Origin: a virus
Virus record (IMG/VR): IMGVR_UViG_3300032883_000150
Span: 1-38,019 of that record
Strand: one strand, 5' to 3'
DNA: 38,019 nucleotides
The position numbers were made by a program, and so were the translations under genes. The notes beneath the pieces were generated by a model. That model saw only the letters and a program-made list of their open reading frames with translations, did no database searches and was not told the DNA's origin. Shown here piece by piece: positions 37,605 to 38,019 of the stretch; the first letter of the stretch is position 1, and each line of letters begins with the position of its first letter.

Positions 37605-37756
37605 TTCCTCACCCCCTGCCCGCGTGGGCGGTAGACTATCCCACACTCCTTGCAACGCAGCCGTCCGGCGTATGGGCCGGTCATCTGCTGCTTGCGTCTG
37701 CGGGAATGACATAGCGGACATTTGGGGAAGCCGATGAGGGACAGGAGGTCGGTCAT
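37601..37756 (-). CDS. Zinc-ribbon mini-protein (51 aa; CPLC...CKEC)
   Basis: MTDLLSLIGFPKCPLCHSRRRKQQMTGPYAGRLRCKECGIVYRPRGQGVRN. AAGGAGG + 6 nt precedes ATG 37756, with ATGA overlap on the repeat-protein stop. Confidence 0.55.
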   Translation of the reverse strand: MTDLLSLIGFPKCPLCHSRRRKQQMTGPYAGRLRCKECGIVYRPRGQGVRN

Positions 37757-38019
37757 TTGCGAGCCTCCTTCTCCATTCCATAGACATACAAGTCGCCGTT
37801 CACATCGCAGAGCAGCGCGTATCCACGCCTCCAGACCTCCATGCGCGCCTCGGCGTGCTTGCGGTGTGTCTCGCCGATGGGTGGTGCCAGAAGCACTCTC
37901 GCGTAAAGCGCAGCATCCCTGGCAGCAACCCCGGCAGCAACCCCGGCAGCATCCCTGGCAGCAACCCCGGCAGCATCCCAGGCAGCATCCCCGGCAGCAT
38001 CCCTGGCAGCAACCCCGGC
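37753..38019 (-). CDS. Tetrapeptide-repeat protein, C-terminal part (repeats + 51-aa tail)
   Basis: The array frame (R/G/W)(D/V)AA continues into LYARVLLAPPIGETHRKHAEARMEVWRRGYALLCDVNGDLYVYGMEKEARK, then TGA 37755-37753. Confidence 0.8.
   Translation of the reverse strand, partial: AGVAARDAAGDAAWDAAGVAARDAAGVAAGVAARDAALYARVLLAPPIGETHRKHAEARMEVWRRGYALLCDVNGDLYVYGMEKEARK
37910..38019. repeat. Same 12-nt tandem array at the other window end
   Basis: One degenerate unit, 8 full units (37921-38016) and ggc. 37950-38011 is identical to 1-62. Confidence 0.95.

Larger units (their letters stand above)
1..38019. mobile_element. Complete or near-complete genome of a temperate tailed virus (HK97-type head, siphovirus-like tail), host probably archaeal
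   Basis: Contiguous packaging-head-neck-tail module, tyrosine integrase and RHH switch. Window ends overlap inside one tandem array (1-62 = 37950-38011). No host-like flank. Confidence 0.75.

Noticed and set aside
37800-38012. ORF-track ORF translating the array as MLPG/LLPG repeats
   Set aside because: Outside the array this frame gives a junk-like tail (RFTRECFWHHPSARHTASTPRRAWRSGG) and has no partner at the other window end. The (R/G/W)(D/V)AA frame is protein-like on both flanks and is coupled to neighbouring genes.

Overview
The window is one replicon with no host flank: a roughly 38-kb genome of a temperate, siphovirus-like tailed virus with an HK97-type head.

**Gene content**
- The packaging, head and tail block runs on the minus strand from about 24165 down to 4098. 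It holds TerL, a portal-MuF fusion, a prohead protease-scaffold fusion, the major capsid protein, neck proteins, a tail tube, a chaperone, tape-measure-like proteins, a 1175-aa distal tail protein and a fibre.
- The rest includes a tyrosine integrase, two RHH regulators facing each other across an AT-rich switch, and a third RHH-coiled-coil gene.
- There is also a methyltransferase plus two-glycosyltransferase cassette, an HNH-AP2 homing endonuclease, a protein of four tandem winged-helix domains, and several DNA-processing enzyme-like genes.
- At least 15 zinc-ribbon or Cys-rich mini-proteins are present, many too short for the ORF track.

**Organisation**
- Everything except one small operon (3338-4101) is on the minus strand.
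- Genes are tightly coupled: I count about 20 ATGA stop/start overlaps, plus TGATG and TTGA overlaps.
- Both window ends lie in the same 12-nt tandem array, and 1-62 is identical to 37950-38011. The molecule is therefore circular or terminally redundant.
- One gene, a tetrapeptide-repeat protein, crosses the junction. The ORF track shows it only in a wrong frame.

**Host (inference)**
The host is probably archaeal. TATA/BRE-like boxes sit about 27-31 nt upstream of ATGs that lack a Shine-Dalgarno. AGA/AGG/ATA codons are frequent in a visibly GC-rich genome (GC not computed). C2H2, winged-helix and zinc-ribbon proteins are abundant.

**Not found**
I found no rRNA, tRNA, CRISPR array or reverse transcriptase. 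I also found no recognisable replication protein or lysin.

**Limits**
All family assignments come from motif recognition by eye, not from searches.
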